Assembly (NCBI GenBank): GCA_977017645.1
Contig: OZ360237.1
Coordinates: forward strand, 39,060,001 to 39,124,000
From: Torpedo marmorata
Taxonomy: Eukaryota
Length of the DNA: 64,000 nt
Direction of reading: 5' to 3'
This document shows, piece after piece, positions 36,748 through 50,134 of this stretch. Position numbers and translations under genes: made by a program. Under the pieces are notes generated by a model, which had not been told where the DNA came from, made no database searches, and saw nothing but the letters and a program-made list of their open reading frames with translations. Every line of letters begins with the position of its first letter. The stretch's first letter is position 1.

Positions 36748-37190
36748 TTAAACGAGTTGGTCTGCAGATGCTGGGGTCAAGTGCAATACACAAAAGTGCT
36801 GGAGAAAACCAGCAGGTCACGAAGCATCCAGATGAAGTAAAAGATAACCAATATTTCGGGCTTGAGCCCTTTACAAGCAGAAACAGGCAGGCTCCTGATT
36901 AAAATGGTGGCAGGAGGGGCGAGAAGGAGAGGAGTGAGGGGGAGAAGGAGAGGAGGGAGGAAGTGGCATGGGGATGAACACAGGCTAACAGATAATACAG
37001 GTCGGAGGGGAGAAGACAAAAAATGCTGAGAGGTGATTGGGAGAAGAGGTCGAGGGTGACTCTCTGATAGGAGATGCTGGGGAACGCGTGAGGTACACAA
37101 AAGTGCTGGAGGAACTCAGCAGGTCACACAGCATCCATGGAAAGTAAAATGCAGTCAATGTTTCGGGCCTGAGTCCTTCTTCATGTATGG
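36748..37190 (-). mobile_element. Two tandem PLE terminal remnants with decayed hammerheads
   Basis: atatttcgggcttgagcccttt (36851) and atgtttcgggcctgagtccttcttca (37158). Confidence 0.75.
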
Positions 37191-38419
37191 AACAGGGCGA
37201 GGTTTGCCTCCCACGCAACAGCCTCTCAAAATGTCAAGTGAACGATCCAAGCTTGGTGCAATACTCCAGCAACATAAGGTGATTGTTGAAGAGAAAATCC
37301 TTCCCATTTTATTTGTTTCCCTCGTAAACAATATTATTCATAATTTAATAGTTGAGAGTGACACATTGAAGTCTTTAAAGTGGAATATGTAAATGTTTTC
37401 CTCTAGAAAAAAAAACAGGAGACAAAAAAATCTATTTTTCAAATTCTTAACCTTAATTAAACATTGACCGTACCAGTTCTCCATAATTATCTGCTATAAA
37501 TATGTAACTAAGTATCTCAAACTATTTTAAAAGTCAGTCCAAGCAAGATCAAATCAGCAGCAGAATGTTCTCCTGCAAATCCTCATTACACAGATCCCAG
37601 GCTCTTGGTTCAAAGGCTCCAACTTACTGCTTCTGAATGGTTGATTCATTCTTGCCCATCAATGCACTGCACCTTCAAAGCGTTCAGCGTACACAGAAAC
37701 CCAAAGCGAGAAAAAAGACAACTAAACACCACAGTTTATTTAGAAATGTGTCAAAATAAAGAGAGTACTGCTGGTTAGGTAATGGCATTGGGAGGGTGTG
37801 GGGAAGAGGGTTGTGAGAGGGTTTGTAGATGGTGACAGGGTCTGCTGGTGGCTCACATTGGAGGGGGCATTTCTTTGGGCTAACCATGGTTGAAAAAGTT
37901 GCTGATGGAGAAGTGGTGGGGGGGGGGGGGGGGGTTGGGGGTTGAGAAGGGAAGAATGCTGATAAGATGAGAATAAATTTTAATATATTATCATCTGCTC
38001 GTTCTGACATGGTGGGTGTGCAGTATGAACAGCTTGATGCATAGCACTGTTATCACTTGGAAACATCCATATTTATATCCCCCATTCACTGTGTGGCTGG
38101 CATATCACCCTTACCCCTCCCCCTTAAAGGCTTTGTTCCTTCTATTATGTTCCACAGAAGGTGAAAATTAAAACCCTGGAAGACAACATTTATGAAAAAT
38201 TTGACGGGAGGCAAGTGTGTATAAATTGCACATATGTTCTTAATGACAAATGCATTTTCAATCATCAATTACATCTCGCAATACTCCCCATATCAATAAA
38301 AATCATAGTTTGATCTACAGTGCAAGGGAATCGGTCCATTATTTTGTAATATTACACGTTTATACATACCCGCCGCACAATTATTTTACCACTTATTATG
38401 GACATTATTTTTTAAATTC

Positions 38420-39115
38420 ACCCAGTTCTTCATGGGCAAATGTAAAAATGGATATTAATGTTAACTTACAGCCGAATCCAATTACAGCCCTATTTGGAGT
38501 GTTGATGGAAGATATACATCTGTCACCATCCGATCGCCATGTTATAGCATTCACGACACTTATGGCCAGAAGATCTATTTTGCTTAGGTGGCAAGATTCT
38601 ATTCCGCCTACCTATGTCCAGTGGATGTGCCAAACTTTATCTTTTATAAATTTAGAGAAGATTAGATGTGCTATAATTGATACTGATATTAAGTTTGATA
38701 GAATGTGGAGCCCGTTTATGAATTTTTTTCATGATTCTTAAACCTGCTTTAATACGATATGTTTTATTATTGTTTTTCTCTTCATGTTAACTATTTTCAT
38801 TTATGTAACGGAACATTTTCTTGTTTATTACTGAATTTTATTGTTCTAACGCATCCCAACTTCTAATTTTTAATTTTCTTTTTTCTCTATTCGGTTAGGG
38901 GGTTAGATAACCTAACTTAGTTTAGTATTAGTTAGATAGTTTAGGAAATATATCTTTTCTACTGTTTTCATTATCCGAACTATAGAGCTGTGGGGTATCA
39001 ATTACTGTTTGTTTAGGATGTATATCCATTTGATTTATAATCTGTAACTTCGCATTCTATATACTATGTTTTTTTGTGTGTGCTTAAACTCAATAAAAAG
39101 ATTGGAAAAGAAAAA
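38420..39115 (+). mobile_element. L1/Tx1-like 3' fragment
   Basis: PNPITALFG...AFTTLMARRSILLRW...EKIR...W.PF C-terminal ORF2 remnant; T-rich UTR, aataaa and A-rich tail. Confidence 0.75.
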
Positions 39116-39279
39116 TGGATATTAAAAGGCAAGGGTTTCTGCAGATCATTTGCAATGTCCCAAAGCTTATAACACCCACAAAATGCTCCGATCAGCAGTA
39201 AACTCATTGGTCCCAACAGTGGAACAGGATCATCCTGTGATGGTGCTGGAGAGAATACAGAGAAGATTACTCTCATTGA

Positions 39280-39808
39280 GCTCATCGACTCTGTCCGCCG
39301 CAATAGTGTGGATCTCCCAGTGGACACCCATTTCAATTCCCCATCCCACTCCCTTGCTGACATGTTCTGTCCATGGTCTCGTGCACTGCCAGACTGAGAC
39401 CACCCGCAAATTGGAGGAACAACACCTCATCTTCCGTCTGGGCACCCTCCAACCGGATGGCATTAACATCGACTTCTCCGTTTTCTGTTAAATCATCCCC
39501 CCCCCCCCCATCTACATCCCCATCTCCTTTCCTCTAGTTCTGTCTCTCTCTCTTCCCTTTTCCCTCTGTCTCCTTTCACAGAGCCAAAACAGTTCTCACC
39601 TCTCCTCTTATCATATCCAATTAATACCTTTTGTCTGTTGGTCTGGACTCCTCCCCCTGCCATTCTTCAGTCTTTATTCAGACGCCTGCCTGCTTTTTGG
39701 TGATACATTGAAGAAGAGCTCAGGCCCGAAATGTCGGGAACATATCTTTATCTCCGATGGACGCTGTGAGACTGCTGAGTTCCTCGAGCATTTCTGTGTG
39801 TTTTTACT
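39280..39808 (+). mobile_element. PLE 3' fragment with decayed hammerhead
   Basis: ETTRKLEEQHLIFRLGTLQPDGINIDF; ttgaagaagagctcaggcccgaaatgtc at ~39708. Confidence 0.85.
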
Positions 39809-39947
39809 GCAGAGAAGATTCACTAGGGTCGAGTATTTTGTTACGAGGAGGGACTAAAGAGGTACGTCTGTTTTCCTTCAAGCAGACGAGGTTGAAAGGG
39901 GATACCATTGAGGAATATGGAATGAGGAGTGGTATAGATAAGTTAGT

Positions 39948-40160
39948 GGACACAAGAAAAGCAGATGCTGGAACCTGGGGCAAGAAAAAACAAACTGCTG
40001 CAGGAACTCAACAGGTCACGTCACATCCTTGTAGGGAAATGGACTGCTGGTATTTTGGGTCAAAACCCGGCTTCAGGGTCTCAAAAGCCGACATTCCATT
40101 TCCTTCCATGACCCATGATGCTGCCTGACTCATTGAGTTTCTCCAGCCATTTGTTTTTTT
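39948..40160. mobile_element. Miniature inverted pair of PLE termini
   Basis: tgctgcaggaactcaacaggtca ... tgactcattgagtttctccagcc inverted around a hammerhead remnant. Confidence 0.55.
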
Positions 40161-40579
40161 TTAATGGAGTGGATTGCAGGAAACTCTTACCAGTAGAGGA
40201 AGCAGAGTCACTGACACCACTGACTGTGTAAGACAAGCATTTTGAATTGCTTCAGCAGAGAGGTCTACGGGCCAAGAGCGCGAAGATGGGATGGGTGCCC
40301 ACGAGTCAGCCTGGAGTTGGTGGGCCGAATAGCCTGCTTCCATGCTACGACTCTCTGACATGCAGCCAGTGGGTCAGGGTATTGCTTACTATACATCTTC
40401 AACAAAAATCTGCAATCAAGATACATCTTATTAAAGTTTCCCATTTTCTCACTGGATTACCGAAAAAGATCAGCCACCACTGACGACCTCCATTTCACCA
40501 GCAACTTTCACATCACAGAAACCAAATGTTTTCACCAGGTATCTTTAAAGTAAAATTCTAAAAAATATCCAAAACAACA

Positions 40580-40825
40580 AACTCAAGAGATTCATTTAAG
40601 GACTCTTGTTTGCACATTATTTATTACTGAATATTTCTTTTTTTCTGTATTGCAGTTTACATTTCTCTTTTGTACACATACACACATCTTTTGTTGAGTA
40701 CAGTTTTTTTAAAATCACTACCAATTAGTAGAAATTGTGCCTGGTTCGCAGGGAAAAAGAATCTTAGGGTTGTATATGATGTCATGTATGTACTTTGACA
40801 CTAAATCTGAACTTTGAACTTTGAA
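40580..40825 (+). mobile_element. Rex1/Babar 3' UTR fragment
   Basis: Homologous to 55300-55550; tail tctgaactttgaactttgaa. Confidence 0.7.
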
Positions 40826-41234
40826 ATCCTCATCATATGAAAGAACACTTTTGTCTGCAGGTTAATGAAACTCACAGTTCAACCAAATATTTTCACTGTT
40901 CTACAATGATCACAGTTAAATCATGTGCTGTACAGTTGAGAGGGATGAATACCTTCTGAGGCACACTTCAATCAAACAGATGACACAATTCTAGCTATCC
41001 ATCCTCCAATGCCATATTCTGCTGGAAACTTTAGGCTGCCTAAGCTTCATTAATAATATCAATCTGTCATTATTTCCATTTAGTCTGTGACAATGCGTAA
41101 CACAAGAACTGCAGATGTTGGAATCGTGAACAAGGCGAAGCTGGAGGAACTCAGCAGGTCAGGCAGAATCCATGGAGTGAAATGGTCAATGTTTCGGGGC
41201 AGGGCCTATTATCAAGACTAAATCATGTCCACTC

Positions 41235-42305
41235 TGGTATATTGAAGATTGTTATGAGAAAGGGCAACTTATGTCTTTTGAGCAATTGAAGAGTAAATAT
41301 GATTTGTCTAATGGAACCTTCTACTGTTTTCTTCAACTAAGGTCCTTTTTGAGGGATAATGAAATGGAAAAGTTGCTTCGATTGGGAAATGCGCTTAAAT
41401 TCATATCTAGAATGTCTTTCGTACTCCAAAGCGAAAGCCGGGCCTACAAAGATCGAGAGAGAGGTGGGAGTCGGACTTGGGCATAACAATTCACGAACGA
41501 TGCTGGTCAGACTGGTGTTTAGATAGCATGACAGCAGTCATTAATGCCAGATTTTGGCTGGTTCAATATAATTTCCTACACCAATTGTATCTCACACCAC
41601 AAAAACTACACAAGTCAAAATCAGAAATATCAGAAATGTGTTTCAGGTGTGGGATAGAAATTGGATCCTTTTTACACTCCACTTGGTCATGTGCAAAGGT
41701 AAGGCCCTTTTGGCATGATTTAGCTAACGCACTAACTAGGATCACGGGAGTAGCCTTTGCACTAGACCCGGAGTTGTATCTTTTAGGAAACCTCATGGAC
41801 ATAAGCAACAGATTATCTAAATTCCAAATTCAATTTGTAAAAGTTGCTCTGTCCGTAGCAAAAAAAGGCATCGCAGTTACTTGGAAGTCCGACTCCCCCC
41901 TTCTCATCACTCGATGGTCTACGGAAATGTACAGCTGTATCCCCATGGAAAAAATTACATATAGTCTTAGAAATAAGTATGATAACTTTGTTAAAGTGTG
42001 GCAACCATACTTGGAACACATGGGTGCTCAGTTGTAATCAAACCTCTGAGGTATGGTATACTGTAATGTATAATTATTTTAAGGGTGTGGCATTCCCAAA
42101 TACTTGGACAAAAGTTGTAAGCGCTAACGGTACGTTTAGTTTTCTTTTCTTTTTCTTTCTCTTTTGTCTCAGTTTTATTCTTTTTGGGTGGGGAAAGGAG
42201 GGTTAAAGGGTGTAATGTATTCTGTACTTGATACGTTTGAAATTTGTGTATATTCGTGATTGTTTATTAATGTTTTGTGAAAATTTATGAAAATGAAAAA
42301 TAAAA
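41235..42305 (+). mobile_element. L1/Tx1-like 3' fragment with C-terminal zinc knuckle
   Basis: ORF 41477..42037: FLHQLYLTP...CFRC....GSFLHSTWSC...FW...EKITY...WQPY. Confidence 0.85.
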
Positions 42306-42714
42306 TTATTTTTTTTTTAAAAAAGACTAAATCGTGTCCTATGAAGGGTCCTGACCCGACACGTTGGCTGAGCATTTCTCTCCATGGATGCTGCCTGAAT
42401 CACCGCATCCCTCCAGCTTTTCATTGTTCACTCTTGTCCGTAACAATGTTTGTTCCATCTTTCAACAAGTTTCCTTTTTTGAACTCGCATCATCACTTCC
42501 TTCGATTGTGATAGCCACAGAGGAACGAGTCTGTCTTGTCATTGCACTTGCTCATCCTAATGCTACGTGGCTACATGCATTAAAACGTTTTGTGTGTCTA
42601 CTTTAAAGGACGTCAGGAAAAGAAGGCACTTATATCGAATTTTTTACTCAGTTATGTAATTTAACTATGCAGACACCATTGTGAAAATGAAACTTTGCTA
42701 TTTAAAATGAACTA

Positions 42715-43190
42715 AACATATAACATAAGAAATAAGACCATAAGAAATAGGAGCAGGAGTAGGCCATTGCAACCCATCAAGCCTGCTCCGCTATTCAATG
42801 TGATCACGGCTGATCTGATGATAGGCTCATCTCCACCTACCTGCCTTTTCCCCATATCCCTTAATTCCCTTGCTATGTAAAAATCTATCCAACCTTGTCT
42901 TAAATATATTTACCGAGGTAGCCTGCATTGCTTCAATTGGCAGCGAATTCCACAGATTCACCACCCTCTAGGAAAAGCATTTCCTCCTCACCTCTGTCCT
43001 AAATCTACTACCCTGAATCTTGAGACTATATCCCCTAGTTCTGGTCGCCCCACCAATGGAAACAACTTACCCACCTCTATCTTATCTTTGCCTTTCATAA
43101 TGTTATATGTTTCTATAAGATCCCCTCTCATTCTTCTAAACTCCAGCGAGCACAGTCCCAGATAACTTAATCTCTCCTCATAGGCTAACC
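42715..43190 (-). mobile_element. CR1 3' fragment (same family as 4946-9310)
   Basis: YEERLSYLGLCSLEFRRMRGDLIETY; ataagaa tail. Confidence 0.9.
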
Positions 43191-43197
43191 CCAATAG

Positions 43198-44510
43198 CAG
43201 GGATGGCCAAACACGGCTCGCGAGCCACATGCGGCTCTTTGACATGCAATGTGCGGCTCGTGGATGTTGGCTGGAGGAGATATCAGAGCTCCCAAAGCCA
43301 TTCCAGGACACTCCGAATCCCTGCAGCCAGACCAGAGGGTCACAGCCCGGGCTGCGTGACAAGGAGAGGGAAGAGGGAGTGGACACTGGAGGAACGGCCC
43401 CTGCAGAGAAGCGGAGCGAGCAGCGCATGCCAGAGTCAGGTTCTCCTCACACGGGCCGGGCCACACCACAGCAGAGTGCCGCCAACGTGGGGTGTGCAGT
43501 TGGAGGGTTGGGCAAAGCTGAGGGTCCTCTGCAGGGTGCGGCCATAGAGGTCGGGAAGCCGGAGCTGGGCCAGGAGAGCTCCAATGAGGCATGGCCTGCT
43601 CCAGAGGTGGGGAGTCTGTCCAGACACTCTGGCAGGGAGGAAGAAAGATGACAGAGACGGGGAGGAGAGGCTGGAGGGGGTCCCAATGAGGACCTCATCC
43701 GGGCACCAAGCCAAGACTGAGCTGGAGCTGGCAGCAGCAGTGAAGGTCCTGTCAGTGACCGCAGGCAAGCCCTGGCCCCACCGGATGGAGAGTCAGCACC
43801 AGGCAGCGCAGAGGTTAGACTGCTCCATACCCCAGACTCCACTCCCAGCAGTCGCTCTCCCCATCCCGCCGGTGACTGGGAAAAGGGGAGCGGAGGAGCA
43901 GAGCTGTGGGCCCACTGGCATCGCCCTGCCGCAGGAGGCAGCTTTGCATCGGGTGGCTTCCCGCATGGTGCGCTCGGCTGTGGACGCTGCAATGGTGCAG
44001 TTATCAGCAGAGACCAGTGACAGCAGCGTTCCTGAAGAGAACACATCAGAAACAGGAGCAGGAGTCGTCCATCCGGCCAGTCGAGCCTGCTACCACAATC
44101 AGTGAGCTCACAGCTGATCTGGCCGTGGACCCAGCTCCGCCTTTCCCCCAAAACCCTTAATTCCACCACCTTGCAAAAATATATGTTACTGCATCTTAAA
44201 TATATTTGATGAGACAACCTCTACTGCTTCCTTGGGCAGAGATTTCACAGAAAATCAGTCAGGGTTTTGAAAATATCTGCTATGTATATGTGTACTTTTT
44301 GATTATTGAAACTATTACAAATTAGCAGTTTAAAAACGACATACATGAATAAATATTATTATTCATGTATTTCTTAATATTTATATATTTTTGCAACAAA
44401 ATATGCAAGAGTAACAATGTGTATGTAATATTTTTTCATGTCTTGCGACTCTCAAACATCTGAAGTTTATTGTATGCGGCTCTTACATTAAGCAAGTTTG
44501 GCCACCCCTG
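43198..44510. mobile_element. hAT (Charlie-like) non-autonomous element with GC-rich interior and nested CR1 fragment (~44040-44250)
   Basis: TIR cagggatggccaaac / gtttggccacccctg; 8-bp TSD cccaatag/ccccatag; subterminal gcggctc repeats. Confidence 0.85.
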
Positions 44511-45369
44511 CCCCATAGGATAACAACCATTCAACATGATTAATTTACAGTACATTTTCTCCCTTTTTTATATCTAGGTACAAGGCTATGCCCACAACTG
44601 CTGACAGCACAGTTAATTTTACCTATTAAAATGATAAATATCCACACAGTTGATAAAGATTGCAATACAATACACCATATTAAGCATTTACTGTGGGATA
44701 ATCACATTATAATGCTAAGGGCTCACAGAGTACAATAAATAGACAATAGCAAGGACAAAATGACAATTGTTGCAGTTGGGAAAAAAAAACACCAAGTAAT
44801 AGCGAAACCTATTCTGGGCATTTCCAGTGAATTAATAAAAATGTGTCACTGCTAGCATGCATGCAGACAAATTTTGCACAAATGACTTATGGTTATCGAA
44901 ACTACAAGCAAGTCCAAACCAAAATTTATACAAAGATCAGAGTGAATGATAGTCAGTCAATGAATAAAACACACACTCATCTTTTTATAACCAAGTAAAT
45001 AAACTGGGGTGATTAACAGATTAAGAGGGAGATCTTTGCCATCTCTCTCAAAGTGCCCCAATATGCATCATAAACAATTATTCATTTGTGTAACCATGTC
45101 ACAGTTTTAATGCATAGAACTGTAAACATGAACCGATCTCTCTTGGTCTCCAATAGTACCCAGAATTGGATAGAAACCAGGAGTACAACTGGGTGTGAAT
45201 TCTATTCTCTTCCTCTGATCCTGAGCAGCAAAATTTAATTATAGCTTTACTGGCCTTTTCATCTGAAGTGCAGCAGAAATTAAGATTCCAGCAAAAAAAA
45301 AACCTGGTTTAAATTCATCAGTGTCTCTCAGAAAACATGTTGAACCACCACCAGGATGAGAGGGTGGAC

Positions 45370-45760
45370 AGGCTGGGTCTTTATTCTCTCGTGTGTGGAA
45401 GACTGAGGGGTGACTCAAGAGGTTTAGAAGATCACAAGGGACATGGATACATTGAATGCTCACAGTCTGTTTCCCAGGATAGACAATTCTGAAACCAAAG
45501 GGTTAAGGTGAGAGGGAAGAGATTTAAGAGGAACCCGAGGGGCAACTTTTCCACTCAGAATCTGTATCCAAAAACGAGCTGCCAGAGGAAGCTATTGAAG
45601 TGGGCACAATTTCAAAGGTCAAGACAATTGGACAGGTATGTGGATAGGAAGTGTTTGGAAGCATATGGGCCAAATGCAGCCAAGTGGGACTCACCCAGTA
45701 GGCCAACTTGGTCAGCACAGGTTGGGCTGAAGGGCCAGTTCAATGCTGTATGGTTCGATG
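45370..45760 (+). mobile_element. Old CR1 3' fragment
   Basis: RGKRFKRNPRGNFSTQ remnant and CR1-like 3' UTR. Confidence 0.7.
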
Positions 45761-46079
45761 ACTCCAATACTCGACAACCACCGTATGGAAAATGTACCCT
45801 TTGAGGAAAAGGACAATATTGTTGGCTTTCTAATTAAGATGAGATAGCTTTGCTGTTACCGAATGCTGTTAGTCCTTCCAAAGGTCACGTCAACTTCTGT
45901 CAGAGGCAGCTGAGACAAAACAACCTCAACTCAATCCTTTACTTGTGGGCCACAAGCAATCATATTCTTTTTGTGCTGGAGGAAACCATTGCACTATTTA
46001 TTTGCTCTCTGCCAAAGAGAAGACCTGAAGTCACAGCAGCAGGCTTCTTCAACTGTTGTAACTGGGGTGACAGCACGTA

Positions 46080-46822
46080 CAGTAAAACTCCTGGTATCTG
46101 GAAATCAAGCAACTGGCAGCCTCAAGCAACCGGCAAAAAAAAAATGGAGAAAACAAATAAAAAAAATAAAATAAATAAGAATAAAATAATAGGTAAAAAA
46201 TACACAAGTTTAAAATTGTAAAAGTAAATGTTCTCTGAAGTAACACAAACCTTTGGTGAAGATGGGAGCAAATATTCAGCCAGCAGAGTGCCTTGGTCGT
46301 GCTTTGCTTGTAGCAGCTGTTTGAATAAAGTTGTGTAAAAAAGCAAATGCGTCGCCCAGGATGAAGATCTGGTTGATGCTGCTCGCCGTTGGGGTGACTC
46401 TCTTAAAGTGTCTCCTTATCCCTGCTTAGTAAGAGTAGCCCCAGTCAAAGGTTTTATCTGTAAACATGGGGGGGGGGTTAATTATCTATAATGTTATTGT
46501 TCCTATTTCAGGCAGCTCCAAGGAGGGGGAGGAATTTGCAGATGCAGCGACGGTTAAATGTTTTCAAAGAATGTGACTGAAAATAAAGTAAAATGCTTTA
46601 AGGTTTACATATTCATGCAAGTGAAGTTGTTCAGTGTAAATACAGTATAGTATTTTTGTCTTTTAAACTGTTTATTCTTAATGCAGGTGAATTAGATAGG
46701 CATTGTAAGAGTAAGTCTCAAGCAACCGGAAAATACCGCAATATATAAGCAACTGGCAGCCTCAAGCAACCTGGCATCTATCAATCCCCGTAAGTGGATA
46801 CCAGATACCATGGGTTTTACTG
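46080..46822. mobile_element. Tigger/pogo-like MITE, copy 2 (opposite orientation)
   Basis: TIR cagtaaaactcctggtatctgg / ccagataccatgggttttactg, TA flanks. Confidence 0.8.
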
Positions 46823-47034
46823 TAGTTTCAAGATTCAATCTGGTCAGTTGAAAGAACTTCAACAGGAGTGACAGGAATAGGTGATATAATCGTGCTTGGC
46901 CAAGGGAGGAAACACATTTGTCAAGACTGATACCATAGATGTTCCTCTGCTACAAATGGAATCATGTGGAGGTAAACATGATTTGTAGATCATCTGTACA
47001 ACATCTGTAGGTGTTGGCTGGATTGGAAAACAAG

Positions 47035-47460
47035 TTTTATGAGGCAAAGTTAGCAGAGCTGGGACTTTTCTCTTTGGTGCGTAGAAGGATAAGAGGAGAC
47101 TTAATAGAGGTCTACACAAGATTTTGAGAGGCTAAAATAGGGTGGAGAGTCAGCGCCTGTTTCCCAGGGCAGAAATGGCAAACACCAGAGGAAATATGCA
47201 CAAAGTTAGGGGAGGGGAGTTTAGGGGAGACATCAGGGGTAGGTTTTTTTACACAGAGAGTTGTGGGTGCCTGGAATGCCTTGCCTGGGATGGTGATGGA
47301 GCTGAAACATTAGGGGCATTTAAGAGACTCTTAGACAGGCACATGGATGAAGAAAAAATAGAGGGTTACAGGGTAGGGTAGGTTTAGTACAAGGGATATA
47401 TGGGTCAGCACAACATTGAGGGCCGAAGGGCCTGTAAAGTGCTGCAGTGTTCTATGTTCT
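47035..47460 (+). mobile_element. CR1 3' fragment
   Basis: LFPRAEMANTRG..KVRGGEFRGDIRGRFF; gttctatgttct tail. Confidence 0.85.
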
Positions 47461-47561
47461 TTGTTAAACAAGAAAATCTGCAGATGGTGGGGTCCAGTGC
47501 AGTGCACAAAGGTGCTGGAGAAAGTCAGCAGGTCACGTAGCGTCTACAGGAAGTGAAAGGC

Positions 47562-47596
47562 AGTCGACGTTTCAGGCCTGAGCCCTTCGTCAGGAA
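47562..47596 (-). ncRNA. Hammerhead motif with canonical CUGACGA core, in PLE terminal remnant (47465-47596)
   Basis: ttcCTGACGA-A-GGGC(TCAG)GCCT-GAAA-CG-TC-gact; stem I short. Confidence 0.65.
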
Positions 47597-48419
47597 GGTT
47601 GCGTGCGTGTTTACATGATGTACAGACTTCAGGCTGAAACATCAGAAGAATGCTCCAGCATTTCAATACTTCAAAGAAAATGAAGCACAGTGGGAGAGAA
47701 AGAAAAACTGATTTCCACATTGTTTGAACCAAATATGAAACAGCAGCAAGTTTAAATTTCTTTCCAATCCCAGAATAAATTGTTCTGTGCAAAATCAACA
47801 CGAGAACAAGATTCTACAGTGGCAAAGAAACAATTACTCACATCTCATGGAATAATTTGTGCGAAGGTCAAAGCAACATTGTCATAATTTTAAATGGAGT
47901 CAATAGCAGTCACTACTCTTGATCTTCTTTTAATTAAGTAGCTTATTCTGAGAAAAGCAGACGCATAAAACAACCTCCCTAATACAGTGAGGTTAATGGA
48001 ATAACAATCTTGGAGTTAAACACGAAAGTCTGCAGACACTTTAACTGAAGTGCAATACACAGAAGTGCTGGAGAAACTCAGCAGATCACACAGCATCAAT
48101 TGGAACTGTGGCTTCTTGTAGCAGAATTGCTTTATGATTTGGTCTTTTACGCATTCTTCCCTGAAGACAGCAATCTATCCTTTCATATTCTTCCAACCTC
48201 TGCAGGGTGGGCACCCAAGGGTGCCAATCAAATACAGTTCTTTGCACACGAGACAATGCAGAATTATTCTGCACTAGCGAACCAGTAGAGTGATTAGAAC
48301 CAAACCCATGTCAATCCACAAAGTCTACAATTTTAGTCAAGATACCCAGAATATTGATCAGGATCAGAATTTAGGAGGCAGAAACTCATCCGAAGGGGCC
48401 TGAATGGAGGAGAAATGCA

Positions 48420-49132
48420 CAGTAAAACCCCTGGTATCTGGCACCAATGGGGATTGGTAGATGCTGGATAAGTGTATTTTCTGGTTGCTTGAGACTTACT
48501 CTTACAATGCCTAACTATACACCTGCATAAAGAATAACCAGTTTAAAAGAAAAAAATACTATACTGTACTAACACTGAACAAACTTCACTTGCATGAATA
48601 AATAAACCTTAAAGCTTTTTACTTTATTTTCAGTCACATTCTTTGGAAATATTTAACCGTCACTGCATCTGCAGGTTCCTTCCCCTCCATGGAGCCGCCC
48701 GAAAGACGAACAATAACATTATAGATAATTAACCCCCCCTCCCCTAAGTTTACCGATAAAGCCTCTGACCGTGGTGACTCTTACTAAGCAGGGATAAGGA
48801 GACACTTTAAGAGAGTCACCCCAACAGTGAGTGGCATCAACCAGCTCTTCATCCTGAGCGACGCCATTGCAGTTTCACACAACTTTATTTAAACAGCTAC
48901 TATGAGCAAAGCACGACCAAGGCACTCCGCTGGCTGAATATTTGCTCCCATCTTCACCAAAGGTTTATGTGTTACTTCAGAGAACATTCACTTTTACAAT
49001 TTCAAACTTTTATCTAAACTTTTATTTATTCTTTTTCATTTCAATTTTTTTTATTTATTTATTCTCCTTGATCTTTTTTCCAGTTGCTCGTGTTGCCGGT
49101 TGCTTGAATTCCGGATAACAGGGGTTTTACTG
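48420..49132. mobile_element. Tigger/pogo-like MITE, copy 3 (plus extra terminal fragment 49190-49280)
   Basis: TIR cagtaaaacccctggtatctgg / ccggataacaggggttttactg. Confidence 0.8.
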
Positions 49133-49676
49133 CAGTTCTGCTCATGCTCCACTCTCTTTAGACTGCACTGTAATAAACATAAAACCTATTATTTTATTCT
49201 TATTTATTTAAATTGTTTAATTTATTTTTTCCTCGATTTTTAGCCTGTTGCTTGAATTCTGGATACCAGGGGTTTTACTGTATTTGCACAAAAGACTGCA
49301 GGATTTTTTTTGAATTCGCTGCCTTCAGGAGCTCTGGTTGTTGAATTGTGTGTCCATTTAAAGCGGAGACTGACAGATAAAGAGGGAATAGTGGATGTTG
49401 GGATCATGTGAGAAAATGGGCAAGGCACAAGATTAGACGTTTTGCTGAATGACAGAACAAGCGCAAGTGCAGATTATTTCTGCTTCTAGTTCTTAGGTTC
49501 GAAGCAAAAAAATCACTCCACCAATTCAAAGGTTATGAGATTTGAGCAGAAACTGCTCTCCCATTGGAAATTAGTCTCTCTGAGAATTGGGCGTTGTGCA
49601 AGTAGTCCATCGAACAGCACCACAGGACAGATCGTGTTAGATCCACTAAGCTGTCAGGTGCTCTTGGAATCAAATT

Positions 49677-50134
49677 CCGTATATACTTGTGTAAAAGTCA
49701 AATTTTCAAGACAAATTTTTAATATTAAATTTATGGGGGCGACTGTTACATGGATACTACTTTTTAGGGGCTGAAATTCATATTAGACTCCAAAATACCG
49801 TATCAGAAGCAGAAGTCCAAATGATCACTAAATGAATAAAGAACGAAAACAATGAATTAAAGTAATAATACGCAGGTAATAATACGGAGTCTGCGCATCA
49901 AAACACACGTCCTGCCATGGGGGAAGGTCGGGACTGCAGTCGGTATTTGAGGCTTCGGGAGCTCTGGTCCATGAGTGGCTGGGACCGGGTGGGAAATCCG
50001 TGTCAAAGGTGTCGGGAGCTCCGGCCTGCGGGGCCGAGGTGAGAGACTAGGGACGACTTTTACATGAGATAGATGGAAAATTCCAGATTTTTTGGCCAAA
50101 AATAGGGGGTCAACTTTTACAGGAGTATGTACGG
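49677..50134. mobile_element. Tc1/mariner (Tc2-like) MITE
   Basis: TIR ccgtatatacttgtgtaaaagtc / caacttttacaggagtatgtacgg. Confidence 0.65.

Noticed and set aside
43447-44217. 256-aa and overlapping ORFs as host genes
   Set aside because: Stop-poor GC-rich TE interior; no recognisable domain; ORF spans a CR1 fragment
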